Shown one piece after another: positions 23,700 through 34,068 of a DNA stretch of 64,000 bases. The notes under the pieces are model-generated. The model was not told the origin of the DNA, did not search any database, and saw nothing but the letters and a program-made list of their open reading frames with translations. Origin of the DNA: Sedimentisphaerales bacterium (lineage in GTDB: Bacteria > Planctomycetota > Phycisphaerae > Sedimentisphaerales > Anaerobacaceae). Position numbers and translations under genes: made by a program. The stretch lies in contig JAXGYC010000007.1 in the NCBI GenBank assembly GCA_040772485.1, positions 1,056,001-1,120,000 of the forward strand, written 5' to 3'. Each line of letters opens with the position of its first letter. Within the stretch, counting starts at the first letter, position 1.

Positions 23700-25949
23700 A
23701 TGACCGAGTCAAACCGGCCGCACACTTGGATACAATGCCCAAAGACGCTACTGTCGGCACTTCTTGCCCTTATTGCCTATGCACCCCAGAGCCTCACGGC
23801 GGCCTCGCCAGTGCCTTCGGGGCTCCTGTGCGAGTTGATGAGTGAACCGACGAAGACAGCGATTGCCGATCCCCGGCCGGAGTTTGCGTGGATCGTGCCT
23901 GGGCTGAACCAGAACGACGTCCAGACGGCATACCAGGTTCTCGTCGCCTCCTCCATGAACCAGATCGAACAGAACTTGGGCGACCTGTGGGACAGCGGCA
24001 AGGTCCTGTCCTCCCGGTCGGTCGGCGTCGAGTATGCCGGCCGGCCCCTCTCGCCGGACACAACGTACTGCTGGAGAGTACGAACGTGGAACCAGCAGGA
24101 TCGCGTCAGCCCCTGGTCAGAGGTCCAGACGTTCCGCACAGGGCCTCTGGATGGCCCGTACACGACCATCCGCTACCCGCTGGCGACCACCAGAGTCAAA
24201 CCGATTCGTGTTGTCGTCAAGGCGGACGGGCACTACTTCTTCGACTTCGGCAAGGCCGCCTTCGGCACCGTCGAACTGACTTCGACGAGCCCCGAAGCAG
24301 GGCGCCGGATCGAGGTCCACCTAGGCGAGGTCTACGCCAAGCCCGACAGCATCGACCCCAATCCGGGCGGGTCCAGACGATATCGGCAACTCGAGCTGAC
24401 GCTCGAAGAAGGCACGCACACGTACAGGCTGCCCATCCCGCCCGACGAGCGAAACACCGGTCCGCAGGCGATCAGGATGCCGGAATCCATCGGGGAGGTC
24501 ATGCCGTTTCGGTATTGCGAGGTGGTCAACAGCCCTTCGGCGCTCGACGCCTCGACGATCTGCCAGATGGCCGTGCACTATCCATTCGACGAGGGAGCCT
24601 GCCGCTTCCATTCGTCCGATCCGGCCCTCAACGACGTGTGGGAGCTGTGCAAGTACAGCATCAAGGCGACGAGCTTCTGCGGCGTCTATGTCGACGGCGA
24701 CCGCGAGCGGATTCCCTACGAGGCCGACGCCTACATCAATCAGCTCTGCCACTACTGCGTGGACCGGGAATACACGATGGCCCGCTACACGCATGAGTAC
24801 CTGATGACTCACCCGACCTGGCCGACCGAGTGGATACTGCACTCGGTGCTGATGGCATGGGCCGACTACCTGTACACCGGCGACACCGACTCGATCGAGC
24901 ACTTTTACAACGATCTGAAGGCCAAGACGCTGTGGGCGCTGGCCCGCGAGGACGGGCTGATCAGCACGCAGGCCGGCCTGGTGACCGACGAGGTGCTCGC
25001 GTCGATCCACTTCCGGGGCACGCTGCAGGATATCGTGGACTGGCCGCACGGGAACATCCTCGGGCTCCAGGGCGGATACGGCGAGACCGACGACTTCGAA
25101 TTCAAACCCATCAATACCGTCGTCAACGCGTTCCACTATCGGGCGCTCGTGCTGATGAGCCGGATCGCTCAGGCCGTCGGCGAAGAGCGGGACGCTGCGC
25201 AATTCGCCTCGGCCGCAGCGAAGGTCAGGCAATCCTTCAACGACAAGCTGCTCGACAAGGACAAAGGCATCTACGTCGATGGGGAAGGCAGCACGCACAG
25301 CGCGCTGCACGCGAACATGTTTCCGCTGACGTTTGGTCTGGTGCCGCCGGAGCATATCGAATCGGTCGCCGCGTTCGTCAAGAGTCGCGGCATGGTGTGC
25401 AGCGTCTACGGTTCGCAGTATCTGCTCGAAGCGCTCTACGAAGCGGGCCTCGACGACTTCGCGCTGCACCTGATGACCGACCGCCAAACGGATCGAAGCT
25501 GGGCCCACATGGTCTACAACGTGGGAACGACGATCACGCTCGAAGCGTGGGACAACAAGTACAAGCCCAACCAGGACTGGAACCACGCCTGGGGCGCAGC
25601 GCCCGCCAATATCATCCCCCGCTGTCTGATGGGTGTCGAGCCGGTCGAGCCGGGCTTCGCCAAGGTGCGAATCAAACCACAGGTCGGCCCGCTGACACGC
25701 GGCAGCCTCGATCTGCCCACGGTCCGGGGCACGATCCACGTGGATTTCGACGCGGTCAAAGGCCAGTCGTTCATCCTGAGCGTGACCACGCCGGCCAACA
25801 TGCCCGCCATCGTATACCTCCCACAACTGGGCAGCGATGATGCGAGTGTTGTCGTGGACGGCCGCACCGTCCGGGGCCGGATCGACGGCAAGTTCATCGT
25901 CCTCGACAACGTCGCCCCAGGCCCCCACCGCTTCGAGCGGCGCCCGTAG
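23700..25949 (+). CDS. Alpha-L-rhamnosidase (GH78-like) with N-terminal FN3-like domain
   Basis: ATG after GGAGG; QTAYQVLVAS, LWDSGKV, VDGDRERIPYEAD, TLEAW, NHAWG. Confidence 0.85.
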   Translation: MTESNRPHTWIQCPKTLLSALLALIAYAPQSLTAASPVPSGLLCELMSEPTKTAIADPRPEFAWIVPGLNQNDVQTAYQVLVASSMNQIEQNLGDLWDSGKVLSSRSVGVEYAGRPLSPDTTYCWRVRTWNQQDRVSPWSEVQTFRTGPLDGPYTTIRYPLATTRVKPIRVVVKADGHYFFDFGKAAFGTVELTSTSPEAGRRIEVHLGEVYAKPDSIDPNPGGSRRYRQLELTLEEGTHTYRLPIPPDERNTGPQAIRMPESIGEVMPFRYCEVVNSPSALDASTICQMAVHYPFDEGACRFHSSDPALNDVWELCKYSIKATSFCGVYVDGDRERIPYEADAYINQLCHYCVDREYTMARYTHEYLMTHPTWPTEWILHSVLMAWADYLYTGDTDSIEHFYNDLKAKTLWALAREDGLISTQAGLVTDEVLASIHFRGTLQDIVDWPHGNILGLQGGYGETDDFEFKPINTVVNAFHYRALVLMSRIAQAVGEERDAAQFASAAAKVRQSFNDKLLDKDKGIYVDGEGSTHSALHANMFPLTFGLVPPEHIESVAAFVKSRGMVCSVYGSQYLLEALYEAGLDDFALHLMTDRQTDRSWAHMVYNVGTTITLEAWDNKYKPNQDWNHAWGAAPANIIPRCLMGVEPVEPGFAKVRIKPQVGPLTRGSLDLPTVRGTIHVDFDAVKGQSFILSVTTPANMPAIVYLPQLGSDDASVVVDGRTVRGRIDGKFIVLDNVAPGPHRFERRP

Positions 25950-25958
25950 CCTGCGATG

Positions 25959-27386
25959 CTATTTGGCCAGCTCGCCGAAGCGGTTGGCGATGGCTAAGGC
26001 CGGGTCGAGCGGCACGTCCACGGCGACGGTCCCTTTGGCGATCTCGATCGCCGGGCGAGGCGTCAGCTTGCGGCCCTTGAATTCGGGCAGCCACTTGCGT
26101 TCGGCTTCGAGCATCTCGCCCGTCATGTCCCGGACTTCCTTCAGCGTGCAGACCGCCGAGGTCAGCGGGTCCATCGCCACCGCCTGCATCGCCCGCTCCG
26201 GGTCCCCCGTCAGCGCCGCCTCGACCGCCAGCTCCTGCACGGTGACGTTGCTCTGGTTCAGCGCTGCGCACTGCACTGGCAGCTCGCCGATCGTCACCGG
26301 GTGCAGGCCCTGCGAGTCTACGTAGACCGGGACCTCGACACAGCAGCCCTGCGGCAGATTGGTGATGTAGCCGTCGTTGCGGACGTTGCCGTTGAGACGG
26401 AACGGCCGGTCCGTCTCGGCCGCTTCGAGGATATACGAACAATATTCGACGCTGCGACGCGTGATCCTGGGCGATTCCGTCGCGAGGTAGTCTACCTTCT
26501 TGTACTTCTCCGCCAGCATGTTGCAGTAGTGATAGTAGGCGCCGGAGGCCCCGCCGAAATCAGGTTGATCGCAGTACAGATCCAGGGCCCTCTTGCTGCC
26601 GCGGAACCACGGTATGTACTCGGACAGGTGCCCCGTGCTCTCGGTCATGAAGTAGCCGAAGTGCCGCATCACCTCGCAGCGCACCTTTTCGTTGACGTAG
26701 TACTCGGGCTTCTCGATGTTGCGTTTGAGAATCGGGTACAGGTCGCGCCCGTCGCGCTTGTCCCGCAGCGAGAGAAACCACGCCATGTGGTTGATCCCCG
26801 CGCAGACGTAATCCACCTGCCCCTTCGGCACGTTGACGTAGCGGCTGATCAGGTCCAGCGTGGTCTGCACGCCGTGACAGAGCCCGATGAACTGCACGTC
26901 GGCCACGCACCCGAGAGCCGAGCAGTTGGCGCCCATCGGATTGGCGTAGTTCAGCAGGATCGCATCCGGACACAGCTCGTTCATGTCCGCCGCCACGTCC
27001 GCCAGGACGGGAATCGTCCGCAGCGCGCGGAAGATGCCACCCGGACCGATGGAATCGGCGATGCACTGATCGACGCCATACTTCAGCGGAATCTCGTAAT
27101 CCATGCGGAACGCTTCGACGCCGCCGATCTGGATCATGTTGATCACGTAGTCGGCTCCGTCGAGGGCCTCGCGGCGATTCAGCGTCGCCGTGACTTTGGC
27201 AGGCAGACGGTTCTCCCGGATCACCTTCTTGACGAACGCCTCCATCTTGGCCAGCTTGGGCCGCGTCCGGTTCATCAGACAGATTTCGCTGCCCCCAAGG
27301 GCCTCGGTGGCCAGGATGTCCATGACCAAGGTCTTGCAGAAAATCAGGCTTCCGGCCCCGATCATCGCGATCTTCGGTTTCGACAT
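25959..27386 (-). CDS. melA: NAD+-dependent alpha-galactosidase (GH4)
   Basis: KIAMIGAGS, DSIGPGGIFRALRTIP, NYANP, GLCHG, GINH, TESTGHLSEY. Confidence 0.88.
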   Translation of the reverse strand: MSKPKIAMIGAGSLIFCKTLVMDILATEALGGSEICLMNRTRPKLAKMEAFVKKVIRENRLPAKVTATLNRREALDGADYVINMIQIGGVEAFRMDYEIPLKYGVDQCIADSIGPGGIFRALRTIPVLADVAADMNELCPDAILLNYANPMGANCSALGCVADVQFIGLCHGVQTTLDLISRYVNVPKGQVDYVCAGINHMAWFLSLRDKRDGRDLYPILKRNIEKPEYYVNEKVRCEVMRHFGYFMTESTGHLSEYIPWFRGSKRALDLYCDQPDFGGASGAYYHYCNMLAEKYKKVDYLATESPRITRRSVEYCSYILEAAETDRPFRLNGNVRNDGYITNLPQGCCVEVPVYVDSQGLHPVTIGELPVQCAALNQSNVTVQELAVEAALTGDPERAMQAVAMDPLTSAVCTLKEVRDMTGEMLEAERKWLPEFKGRKLTPRPAIEIAKGTVAVDVPLDPALAIANRFGELAK

Positions 27387-27405
27387 GACAATCGTCCTTC
27401 GTCAA

Positions 27406-28563
27406 CTACTTGAGGAGGTTCTCAAAGAGGTACAGGCCGCTCTTGCCGGGAGCGACAACATCGAGGTCGCCATCGCCATCGATGTCGGCGGCGGCGGTGT
27501 TGATCCCGAAACCCACGCGACCGCCCTCGTGCATGGTATGCCGCGTCCACTTGCCCGATGCGATGTCGAAGTCGTAGTAGTAGACGCAGACGGGATCGTT
27601 GCCGCCCGGGTCGTTTCCGTTGTGGGCGCGATGGCGTTTGCCGGTGACCAGCTCCAATCGACGGTCGTTGTCCAGATCCGCGAGCAGTTTGAAGTGCGGC
27701 TGAGACCACGAATCGTCGATCAGGTGCTTTTCCCACGTGCGATTGCCTTGTGCGTCCTTGTTCTGCTCCATCCAGAACAGGCCGTAATTGTGGCCCAGGC
27801 CCCAGATCAGGTCCGAGTCCCCATCCGCGTCCACGTCGTGCACGAGAATCGGAATGCCGGCGTAGCCCAGCTCGAACTCCGGACGCCACGTCCACGAGCC
27901 GTTGGGATTCTGTTGGAGCCAGCCCTTCGGCGTCACGATGTCGCACAGACCATCGACGTTGACATCTCCGGCGCCAATGCCGTGCCCCGCCGCTTCCTGA
28001 GGCAGCACGTGCTTGTCCCATCGCACACCCTGCGGGGCCGAGGCGTCGCGGCGGTACTCGTACCAGGCCGCAGCGCTCATGATGTTGGGCAGGATGTCGA
28101 GCTGGCCGTCGCCGTTGATATCATAGGCCAGCGCGGTTTCCATATTGCCCGGCGTGTCCACCTGGTGCAGCGTCCACGGCCCGCCCGCCTGGCCCGGATT
28201 GCGGACCCAGTAGACCATCTTGTCGTGCCAGGCGGCCCCGGCGGTGTCGGTCCAGCCGTCGCCGTCCACGTCCATCGGCAGGTTGGCAAAGTCGTAATGG
28301 TACTCCCCTTCCTCCTTGATCTCGCGAACGAAGTGCTTCGTCCAGGTCGGCGCCTCGTACCAGAACCCGCCGCAGACGACATCGAGCCTGCCGTCCCGGT
28401 TCACGTCGAGAATTCCCGCCGCCTCGAAACGAGATTCCGCGTTGAGCGTGTGCAACCTGAAACCGTCGCCCACCTTGGCCTCCGCCGCCGCAACGGCCGA
28501 GCCTGCCAACAGAGTGCCGATGGCCAGTCCCACCAAAACGTGGGGAATATGTCGAGTTCGCAT
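27406..28563 (-). CDS. Secreted FG-GAP/VCBS repeat protein
   Basis: Repeated DxxxDGxxD motifs (DVNRDGRLD, DVDGDGWTD, DINGDGQLD, DIDGDGDLD); signal peptide; ATG 28563 after GGGAG. Confidence 0.85.
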   Translation of the reverse strand: MRTRHIPHVLVGLAIGTLLAGSAVAAAEAKVGDGFRLHTLNAESRFEAAGILDVNRDGRLDVVCGGFWYEAPTWTKHFVREIKEEGEYHYDFANLPMDVDGDGWTDTAGAAWHDKMVYWVRNPGQAGGPWTLHQVDTPGNMETALAYDINGDGQLDILPNIMSAAAWYEYRRDASAPQGVRWDKHVLPQEAAGHGIGAGDVNVDGLCDIVTPKGWLQQNPNGSWTWRPEFELGYAGIPILVHDVDADGDSDLIWGLGHNYGLFWMEQNKDAQGNRTWEKHLIDDSWSQPHFKLLADLDNDRRLELVTGKRHRAHNGNDPGGNDPVCVYYYDFDIASGKWTRHTMHEGGRVGFGINTAAADIDGDGDLDVVAPGKSGLYLFENLLK

Positions 28564-28601
28564 GGGTGCTCCCTTTCCAAAACCGTGTTGCATTGTCGTT
28601 C

Positions 28602-29882
28602 TCAGATGGACCAGGGACTTCGCATCGCCCGCTGGAGCATGGAATCGGCCTGCCGGTCGTTGACGAACCGCTCGGCCGCCGGGTCCCAACGCAGGGGCCG
28701 TTCGAGCCAGTAGGCGATGTTGCCCAGGTGACAGACGCTGATCGAGCGATAGCCGACGTCGGCGTCGCAGGCCGGACGGTTCCGTGTCCGTACGCAGTCG
28801 AGGAAGTTGTCCGGATGGTTCTTGCTCTCATAGAGGTGCACGTCGTCGGCTTTCAGCGTCTGCCGGCGCAGCGAGTCGGGCTCGGTGATGAGCTGCTCGC
28901 GCGTGACCTCGATCATGCCCTCGGTCCCCTCGAACCGCACGCCCGGCGTGGACTGGCTGATGCCCTCCCGCGTCATCACCGTGCCGTTGGCGTAGCGATA
29001 GGTCAGGACCTTGAACTCGTTGCCGTCGGCCGGAATGATCTCGACCGGTCCCGACTCGTCCATTCCCATCGCCCACTGGGCAATGTCGAACATGTGCTGG
29101 CCCCAGTTGGTCATCTCGCCGCCGGCGAAGTCCTTCCATCGCATCCAGCCCAGGATGTCGGGATGGAACGGGTGCCAGGGCGCCTGGCCCAGCCACCGAT
29201 CGTAGTCCAGCCAGTCCGGCGGCGAGCCCTGCGCGGGAAGGTGACACTCTTCGGGCGGGCCGCCCACGTTGACCTTGATGTGCTTGACGTGGCCGATGTA
29301 TCGGCTGCGGACCAGTTCGCACGCGAAGCGGAACTCGTACCAGCTTCGCTGCTGCGTGCCGCTCTGGAAGATGCGTCCGTACCGCTTCATCGTGCGGGCC
29401 AGCTCGCGGGCCTCGTAGACGGTCAGCGAAATCGGCTTCTCGCAGTAGATGTCCTTGCCGGCCTTGGCGGCGGCGATGGAAATCGGCGTGTGCCAGCGGT
29501 CGCCGGCGGCGCAGAGGATGATGTCGATGTCGTCGCGGGCCAGCAGGTCCTCGAAGTTGTGGTATGCGACGCAGTCGTTGTTGCCGTAGTAGGTGTCGAT
29601 GATGCTCTTGGCGTTGTGGAGATTGTTGCGATTGACGTCGCAGGCCGCGACGACCTGCACGCCGGGTTTGCTGAGGAATCCGCCGCCCTGGACCCAGATG
29701 CCGCCACCGATGTGGCGCGTGCCCTGCCCGCCGCAGCCGATGGCTCCCATCACCAGCCGCTCGCTGGCCGGCACCCGGCCGCCGGCCCCAAGAGCCGACG
29801 ACGTGATGACATAGGGAACCGCAACAGCCGAGGCCGTAGCTCGTAGAAAGGTCCTGCGTGTGATGCCTTTTTGATATGCCAT
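28602..29882 (-). CDS. Tat-exported Gfo/Idh/MocA family oxidoreductase
   Basis: ITRRTFL Tat motif; IGCGGQG; YCEKP; GTQQRS; NWGQHMFD; ATG 29882 after GGAGG. Confidence 0.9.
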   Translation of the reverse strand: MAYQKGITRRTFLRATASAVAVPYVITSSALGAGGRVPASERLVMGAIGCGGQGTRHIGGGIWVQGGGFLSKPGVQVVAACDVNRNNLHNAKSIIDTYYGNNDCVAYHNFEDLLARDDIDIILCAAGDRWHTPISIAAAKAGKDIYCEKPISLTVYEARELARTMKRYGRIFQSGTQQRSWYEFRFACELVRSRYIGHVKHIKVNVGGPPEECHLPAQGSPPDWLDYDRWLGQAPWHPFHPDILGWMRWKDFAGGEMTNWGQHMFDIAQWAMGMDESGPVEIIPADGNEFKVLTYRYANGTVMTREGISQSTPGVRFEGTEGMIEVTREQLITEPDSLRRQTLKADDVHLYESKNHPDNFLDCVRTRNRPACDADVGYRSISVCHLGNIAYWLERPLRWDPAAERFVNDRQADSMLQRAMRSPWSI

Positions 29883-30086
29883 GCAACCTCCCATCCTTTT
29901 CATACGGTGCCGGACGGATATTCCCTGCCATCTTACTGGCAGCCGTCGCATGACGCAATAGCCTGATCGACCCCACTCCCCTGCCGAGGGGCAACCGAAA
30001 AGACGCGACTTGACAGCGATTCAGTGGTACAATGGTTGGTCAGTTGAGTTCCGACGATGGACCGCACGATTTGGGAGGTTGAGTCG

Positions 30087-32570
30087 ATGGCATCGCATGC
30101 CCCACACCGCTGCCGCTTTGATAGTCGTGAAGACCGCAGATATTGTCCCAGGACGGGCAGGCCGATCGAGCCCCATGCCCCGCGTCCGTGGATGCTCTGG
30201 CTGCTACCGATCACCGGGTTGCTGGCGCTGGCCTGGTTCCTGGTCCGCGTGGTGCCCAAGCCCTCGCGAGCGATGTATCCCTGCCAGCGGGTGGCGATGC
30301 CACTGGCGTCCGGCTTCGTCGCCTGGCTGCTCGGCATTGCCGCCTCCGTGGCGGCCTTGCGCAGGGCCAGGTCGAGTCTGAACGGCAGGCGATACGCCTT
30401 GGCGCTGGCCGCCGTAGGCATCAGCGTCGCGGCGATCTGGGTGACGCTGAGCATCACCACCGAGACACCTGCGCTGGCGGATCCCCAGCCGGCCAATGAG
30501 CCCATCGGCGTCGCCCGAGGGATTCACCCCGGGCGGGTCGTCTGGGTGCACGATCCCGACGCCACCGACTGGAAAGGACCGGGCGACGGTCATCTCTGGC
30601 AACCCGAGCACACGAATCAGGCGGCCGTCGACGAGATGATGTCCCAAGCTCTTCGCAATCTGACGGGCGAGACCTCCGACAAGGCGGCGTGGGACGCCCT
30701 CTTCCGCTACCACAACAAGACCAGGGGCAAGGGCGACGTCGGCTACCAGCCGGGCCAGAGGATCACGGTCAAAGTCAACTTCGTCGGCTTCATCCGCACC
30801 ACCGACGCCGTGAATCCCCAGACCTACGCGCTGCGAAGCTGGGTGGACTACATGAACACCTCGCCCCAGATGATTGCCTCGCTGCTGCGGCAACTGACGG
30901 AAACCGTCGGCGTCAAACAATCCGACATCGCGGTCGGTGACACCCTCGCCTACTTCGCCAAAGAGTACTACGATATGCTGCACAGGCAGTTCCCGCTTGT
31001 CACGTACCTTGACTGTCACGGCGGTCCCGGCCGGACGAAGACCGGGCCGTCCTCGGTCCCTCTGCATTGGAGCTGCGACCCCGAAGGCTGCGCACAGGAC
31101 TATGTGCCGCAGGCATACGCCGAGGCCGACTACCTCATCAATCTGGCCAATCTCAAGGCCCACCCGAGCGCCGGCGTCACGCTCTGCGCCAAGAACCACT
31201 ATGGCTCGCTGATCCGCCTGCCTTACGAGAAGGGCTACTACGACATGCACACGAGCTTCGACCGGGCCACCGGCCGGTACAGAAACCTCGTGGACCTGAT
31301 GAGCCACTCCCAACTGGGCGGCAAGACCGTTCTGTATCTCGTCGACGGCCTCTACGGCGGTATCCACTACGTCGAGCACGAGCCGCGACGATTTGAATCG
31401 ACGCCATTCCACAACGACTGGACCAGCAGCCTGTTCGCCAGCCAGGACCCGGTCGCCATCGATTCGGTGGGCCTCGACCTCCTCCAGGCGGAGGCCAACG
31501 TGCAGAAGTACTCCTGCATGCCGGGCACGGACGACTACCTGCACGAGGCGGCGTTGATCGACAGCCCGCCTTCCGGCACATTCTACGATCCCGACCACGC
31601 CGGCAACGTCGTGCGGCCGGCCAGCCTGGGCGTCCACGAGCACTGGAACAACGCGCGAGAGAAGAAGTACTCACGCAACCTGGGCCGGCCCGATGGGATC
31701 GAACTGGTCGCCGTCATGAAAGACAGCAACAAGGCAAAGGCCAGCGGTGTCACCGCCCCCGGCGCCAAGGTCAAATTGCTGGCCGACGGCTTCCAGTTCA
31801 CCGAAGGCCCCGCCCCCGACCGCGAGGGCAACGTCTTCTTCACGGACCAGCCCAACGACCGCATCTGCAAGTGGTCCGTCGACGGCAAGCTGACGGACTT
31901 CATGAAGCCCTGCGGCCGGTCCAACGGCCTGTTCTTCGACATGGACGGCAGCCTCTGGGCCTGCGCCGACATGGACAACGAGCTGTGGATGATCGATCCG
32001 CAGGGCCACGTCACGATCTTTGTCCGCGACTTCGACGACAAGCTGCTCAACGGGCCCAACGACCTCTGGATCGCCCCCGACGGCGGTATCTACTTCACCG
32101 ATCCGCTCTACAAGCGGCCTTACTGGAAGCGCGACCCCGCCATGCAGCAGGATGGCCAGCACGTCTACTACGTCACGCCGAGCCGCAAGAGCATCGTCCG
32201 CGTCGCCGACGACCTCGTCCAGCCCAACGGCATCATCGGAACCCCCGACGGCAAGCTGCTCTACGTCGCCGACATCGGGGACCGCAAGACGTATCGATAC
32301 ACGATCAACGCCGATGGTTCGCTCTCAGACCGGAAGCTCTTCTGCCCGATGGGCTCCGACGGCATGACGATCGACACCGAGGGCAACGTCTACCTGACCG
32401 GACGAGGCGTCACGGTGTTCAATCCCGACGGCGAGAAGATCGAGCAGATCGACGTCAACAAGGGCTGGACCGCCAACGTCTGCTTCGGCGGCCCGGACCG
32501 CCGGACCCTTTTCATCACCGCCTCGGATGCACTGTTCAGCATCGAGATGCGCGCCAGGGGCGCCTATTGA
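30087..32570 (+). CDS. Membrane-anchored DUF362-domain protein fused to an SMP-30/gluconolactonase domain
   Basis: N-terminal TM segments with VPKPSRAMYPCQR; GIHPGRVVWVHDP, LKAH, GVTLCAKNHYG, DPVAIDSV; from ~31746 FTEGP, PND, PNGI, SDGM beta-propeller motifs; ATG 30087 after GGAGG. Confidence 0.85.
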   Translation: MASHAPHRCRFDSREDRRYCPRTGRPIEPHAPRPWMLWLLPITGLLALAWFLVRVVPKPSRAMYPCQRVAMPLASGFVAWLLGIAASVAALRRARSSLNGRRYALALAAVGISVAAIWVTLSITTETPALADPQPANEPIGVARGIHPGRVVWVHDPDATDWKGPGDGHLWQPEHTNQAAVDEMMSQALRNLTGETSDKAAWDALFRYHNKTRGKGDVGYQPGQRITVKVNFVGFIRTTDAVNPQTYALRSWVDYMNTSPQMIASLLRQLTETVGVKQSDIAVGDTLAYFAKEYYDMLHRQFPLVTYLDCHGGPGRTKTGPSSVPLHWSCDPEGCAQDYVPQAYAEADYLINLANLKAHPSAGVTLCAKNHYGSLIRLPYEKGYYDMHTSFDRATGRYRNLVDLMSHSQLGGKTVLYLVDGLYGGIHYVEHEPRRFESTPFHNDWTSSLFASQDPVAIDSVGLDLLQAEANVQKYSCMPGTDDYLHEAALIDSPPSGTFYDPDHAGNVVRPASLGVHEHWNNAREKKYSRNLGRPDGIELVAVMKDSNKAKASGVTAPGAKVKLLADGFQFTEGPAPDREGNVFFTDQPNDRICKWSVDGKLTDFMKPCGRSNGLFFDMDGSLWACADMDNELWMIDPQGHVTIFVRDFDDKLLNGPNDLWIAPDGGIYFTDPLYKRPYWKRDPAMQQDGQHVYYVTPSRKSIVRVADDLVQPNGIIGTPDGKLLYVADIGDRKTYRYTINADGSLSDRKLFCPMGSDGMTIDTEGNVYLTGRGVTVFNPDGEKIEQIDVNKGWTANVCFGGPDRRTLFITASDALFSIEMRARGAY

Positions 32571-32600
32571 CAACGGAACGGATGGGGAGATTGCAGCACC

Positions 32601-33614
32601 ATGAGAACACGAACGATCATAGCATTTTTGGCCCTGTTCAGTAGTATCGCCTCGGGGTCCGTAGCGCCCTTCGCTACCGAAGTCGTCGAAGTCAAGAAAA
32701 TCTGGGACGACGCCGCCCACAACGCCTTTACGGATTTGGTCTGGTTCGGCGAGCAGTTCTATTGCGCTTTTCGCGAAGGACGCGGCCACGTCTCCGCCGA
32801 CGGGCGGATTCGCGTGTTGCGTTCGGCCGATGCGGACGCCTGGACTTCGGCGGCCCTGATCTCGTTCCAGGGCTATGACTTCCGCGATGCGCACCTGTCG
32901 ATCACGCCGGATGGCCGGCTGATGCTGATCGGCGGCGCTGCGCCGCGAAAGCAGGACGGCGAATCCGCACCCACCGGCAGCTTCGCATCGTTCTCGCAGG
33001 ACGGCACGACCTGGACCGAGCCCGTGATCGTCAGCCAGCCGGGGCGCTGGCTGTGGCGCGTCACCTGGCACGAGGGCAAGGCTTACGGCGTGTCGTACAC
33101 CGCCGGGGCCAATGGCGACCAGTACCTGTCCCTGCTGACCAGCACGGATGGGATCAAGTACGAGCCGCTCGTCGAGAGGCTGTTCGACAAGGGCTATCCG
33201 AACGAAACGACGCTGCGGTTCGCCCCCGACGGCACCTGCTATGCGCTGGTCCGCCGCGACAACTCGGGCGACGCGCCGAGCAGCACAATGCTTGGGATTG
33301 CCGGCCCCGGCTACACGCAGTGGAAATGGCACGACCTGGGGACCGAATTCAACGCCTTCGGCGGGCCCGACCTGATCCGGCTGCCCTCCGGCCGCTGGAT
33401 CGCCGCCGGACGCATGCACCAGGGCGGCGCCCACACCGCCTTGGCCGTCCTCGACGTCGAGAATAAGACGATGACCCGCCTGCTCGACCTGCCCAGCGGA
33501 GGCGACACCAGCTATCCCGGCCTGCTCTGGCGAAACGACCTGCTCTACGTCAGCTACTACTCCAGCCACCAGGGCAAAACCAGCATCTACCTCGCCAAAA
33601 TCCGATTCCCATAG
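32601..33614 (+). CDS. Secreted sialidase-like (BNR/Asp-box) beta-propeller protein
   Basis: HNAFTDL, FREG, Asp-box-like SADADAW, SQDGTTW, STDGIKY; PSGGDTSYPG; YVSYYS. Confidence 0.75.
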   Translation: MRTRTIIAFLALFSSIASGSVAPFATEVVEVKKIWDDAAHNAFTDLVWFGEQFYCAFREGRGHVSADGRIRVLRSADADAWTSAALISFQGYDFRDAHLSITPDGRLMLIGGAAPRKQDGESAPTGSFASFSQDGTTWTEPVIVSQPGRWLWRVTWHEGKAYGVSYTAGANGDQYLSLLTSTDGIKYEPLVERLFDKGYPNETTLRFAPDGTCYALVRRDNSGDAPSSTMLGIAGPGYTQWKWHDLGTEFNAFGGPDLIRLPSGRWIAAGRMHQGGAHTALAVLDVENKTMTRLLDLPSGGDTSYPGLLWRNDLLYVSYYSSHQGKTSIYLAKIRFP

Positions 33615-33656
33615 CGTCTGCCCTGCATGCTGACACAGCCTCACAAGGCCCTGCCT

Positions 33657-33730
33657 TGTCATTCCGACCGCAGTGGAGGAATCTTGTCATAGACGAGAAG
33701 CACATCTGGTCTGCGGCCAGGTGTCTCGAC
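33657..33730 (+). repeat. REP-like imperfect palindrome downstream of the GIY-YIG gene
   Basis: TGTCATTCCGACCGCAGTGGAGGAATCT (ATTCC/GGAAT arms) and a degenerate partner-like AGGTGTCTCGAC at ~33719-33730. Confidence 0.5.
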
Positions 33731-33765
33731 CGGCCCCGCCATGCGAGACTGCTCCTGCCGAAGCA

Positions 33766-34062
33766 CTATTCGAACCACCCGTCGCTGAGGTCATGCCAGT
33801 CCGGATTGTCTCGCGCAATCAGGGCCACCTTTTTCTCGCGCCGCCACCGTTTGATCTGCTTCTCCCGAGCGATGGCCGCGCATACGTCTCCAAAGACTTC
33901 AAAGTGGACCATACTGTCAATGTGGTATCGCTCGGTGAAACCCTGGACATCGCCCTGCTTGTGCTGCCACACCCGACGTTTGAGATTGTCGGTAACACCG
34001 ATGTAGAGCGTTCGCGAACGATTGGCCATGATATAGATATAATAGGTCTTGCTTCCAGGCAC
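33766..34062 (-). CDS. Small stand-alone GIY-YIG nuclease family protein (~98 aa)
   Basis: YYIYIMAN...LYIGVT, RRVWQHK, GFTERY, AIAREKQIKRWRR, NPDWHDL; GTG start at 34062; locally more AT-rich. Confidence 0.9.
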   Translation of the reverse strand: MPGSKTYYIYIMANRSRTLYIGVTDNLKRRVWQHKQGDVQGFTERYHIDSMVHFEVFGDVCAAIAREKQIKRWRREKKVALIARDNPDWHDLSDGWFE

Positions 34063-34068
34063 ACACCG

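Noticed and set aside
30010..30033. TTGACA...TACAAT promoter
   Set aside because: Spacer is only 12 bp; at most an extended -10 (TGGTACAAT) is supportable
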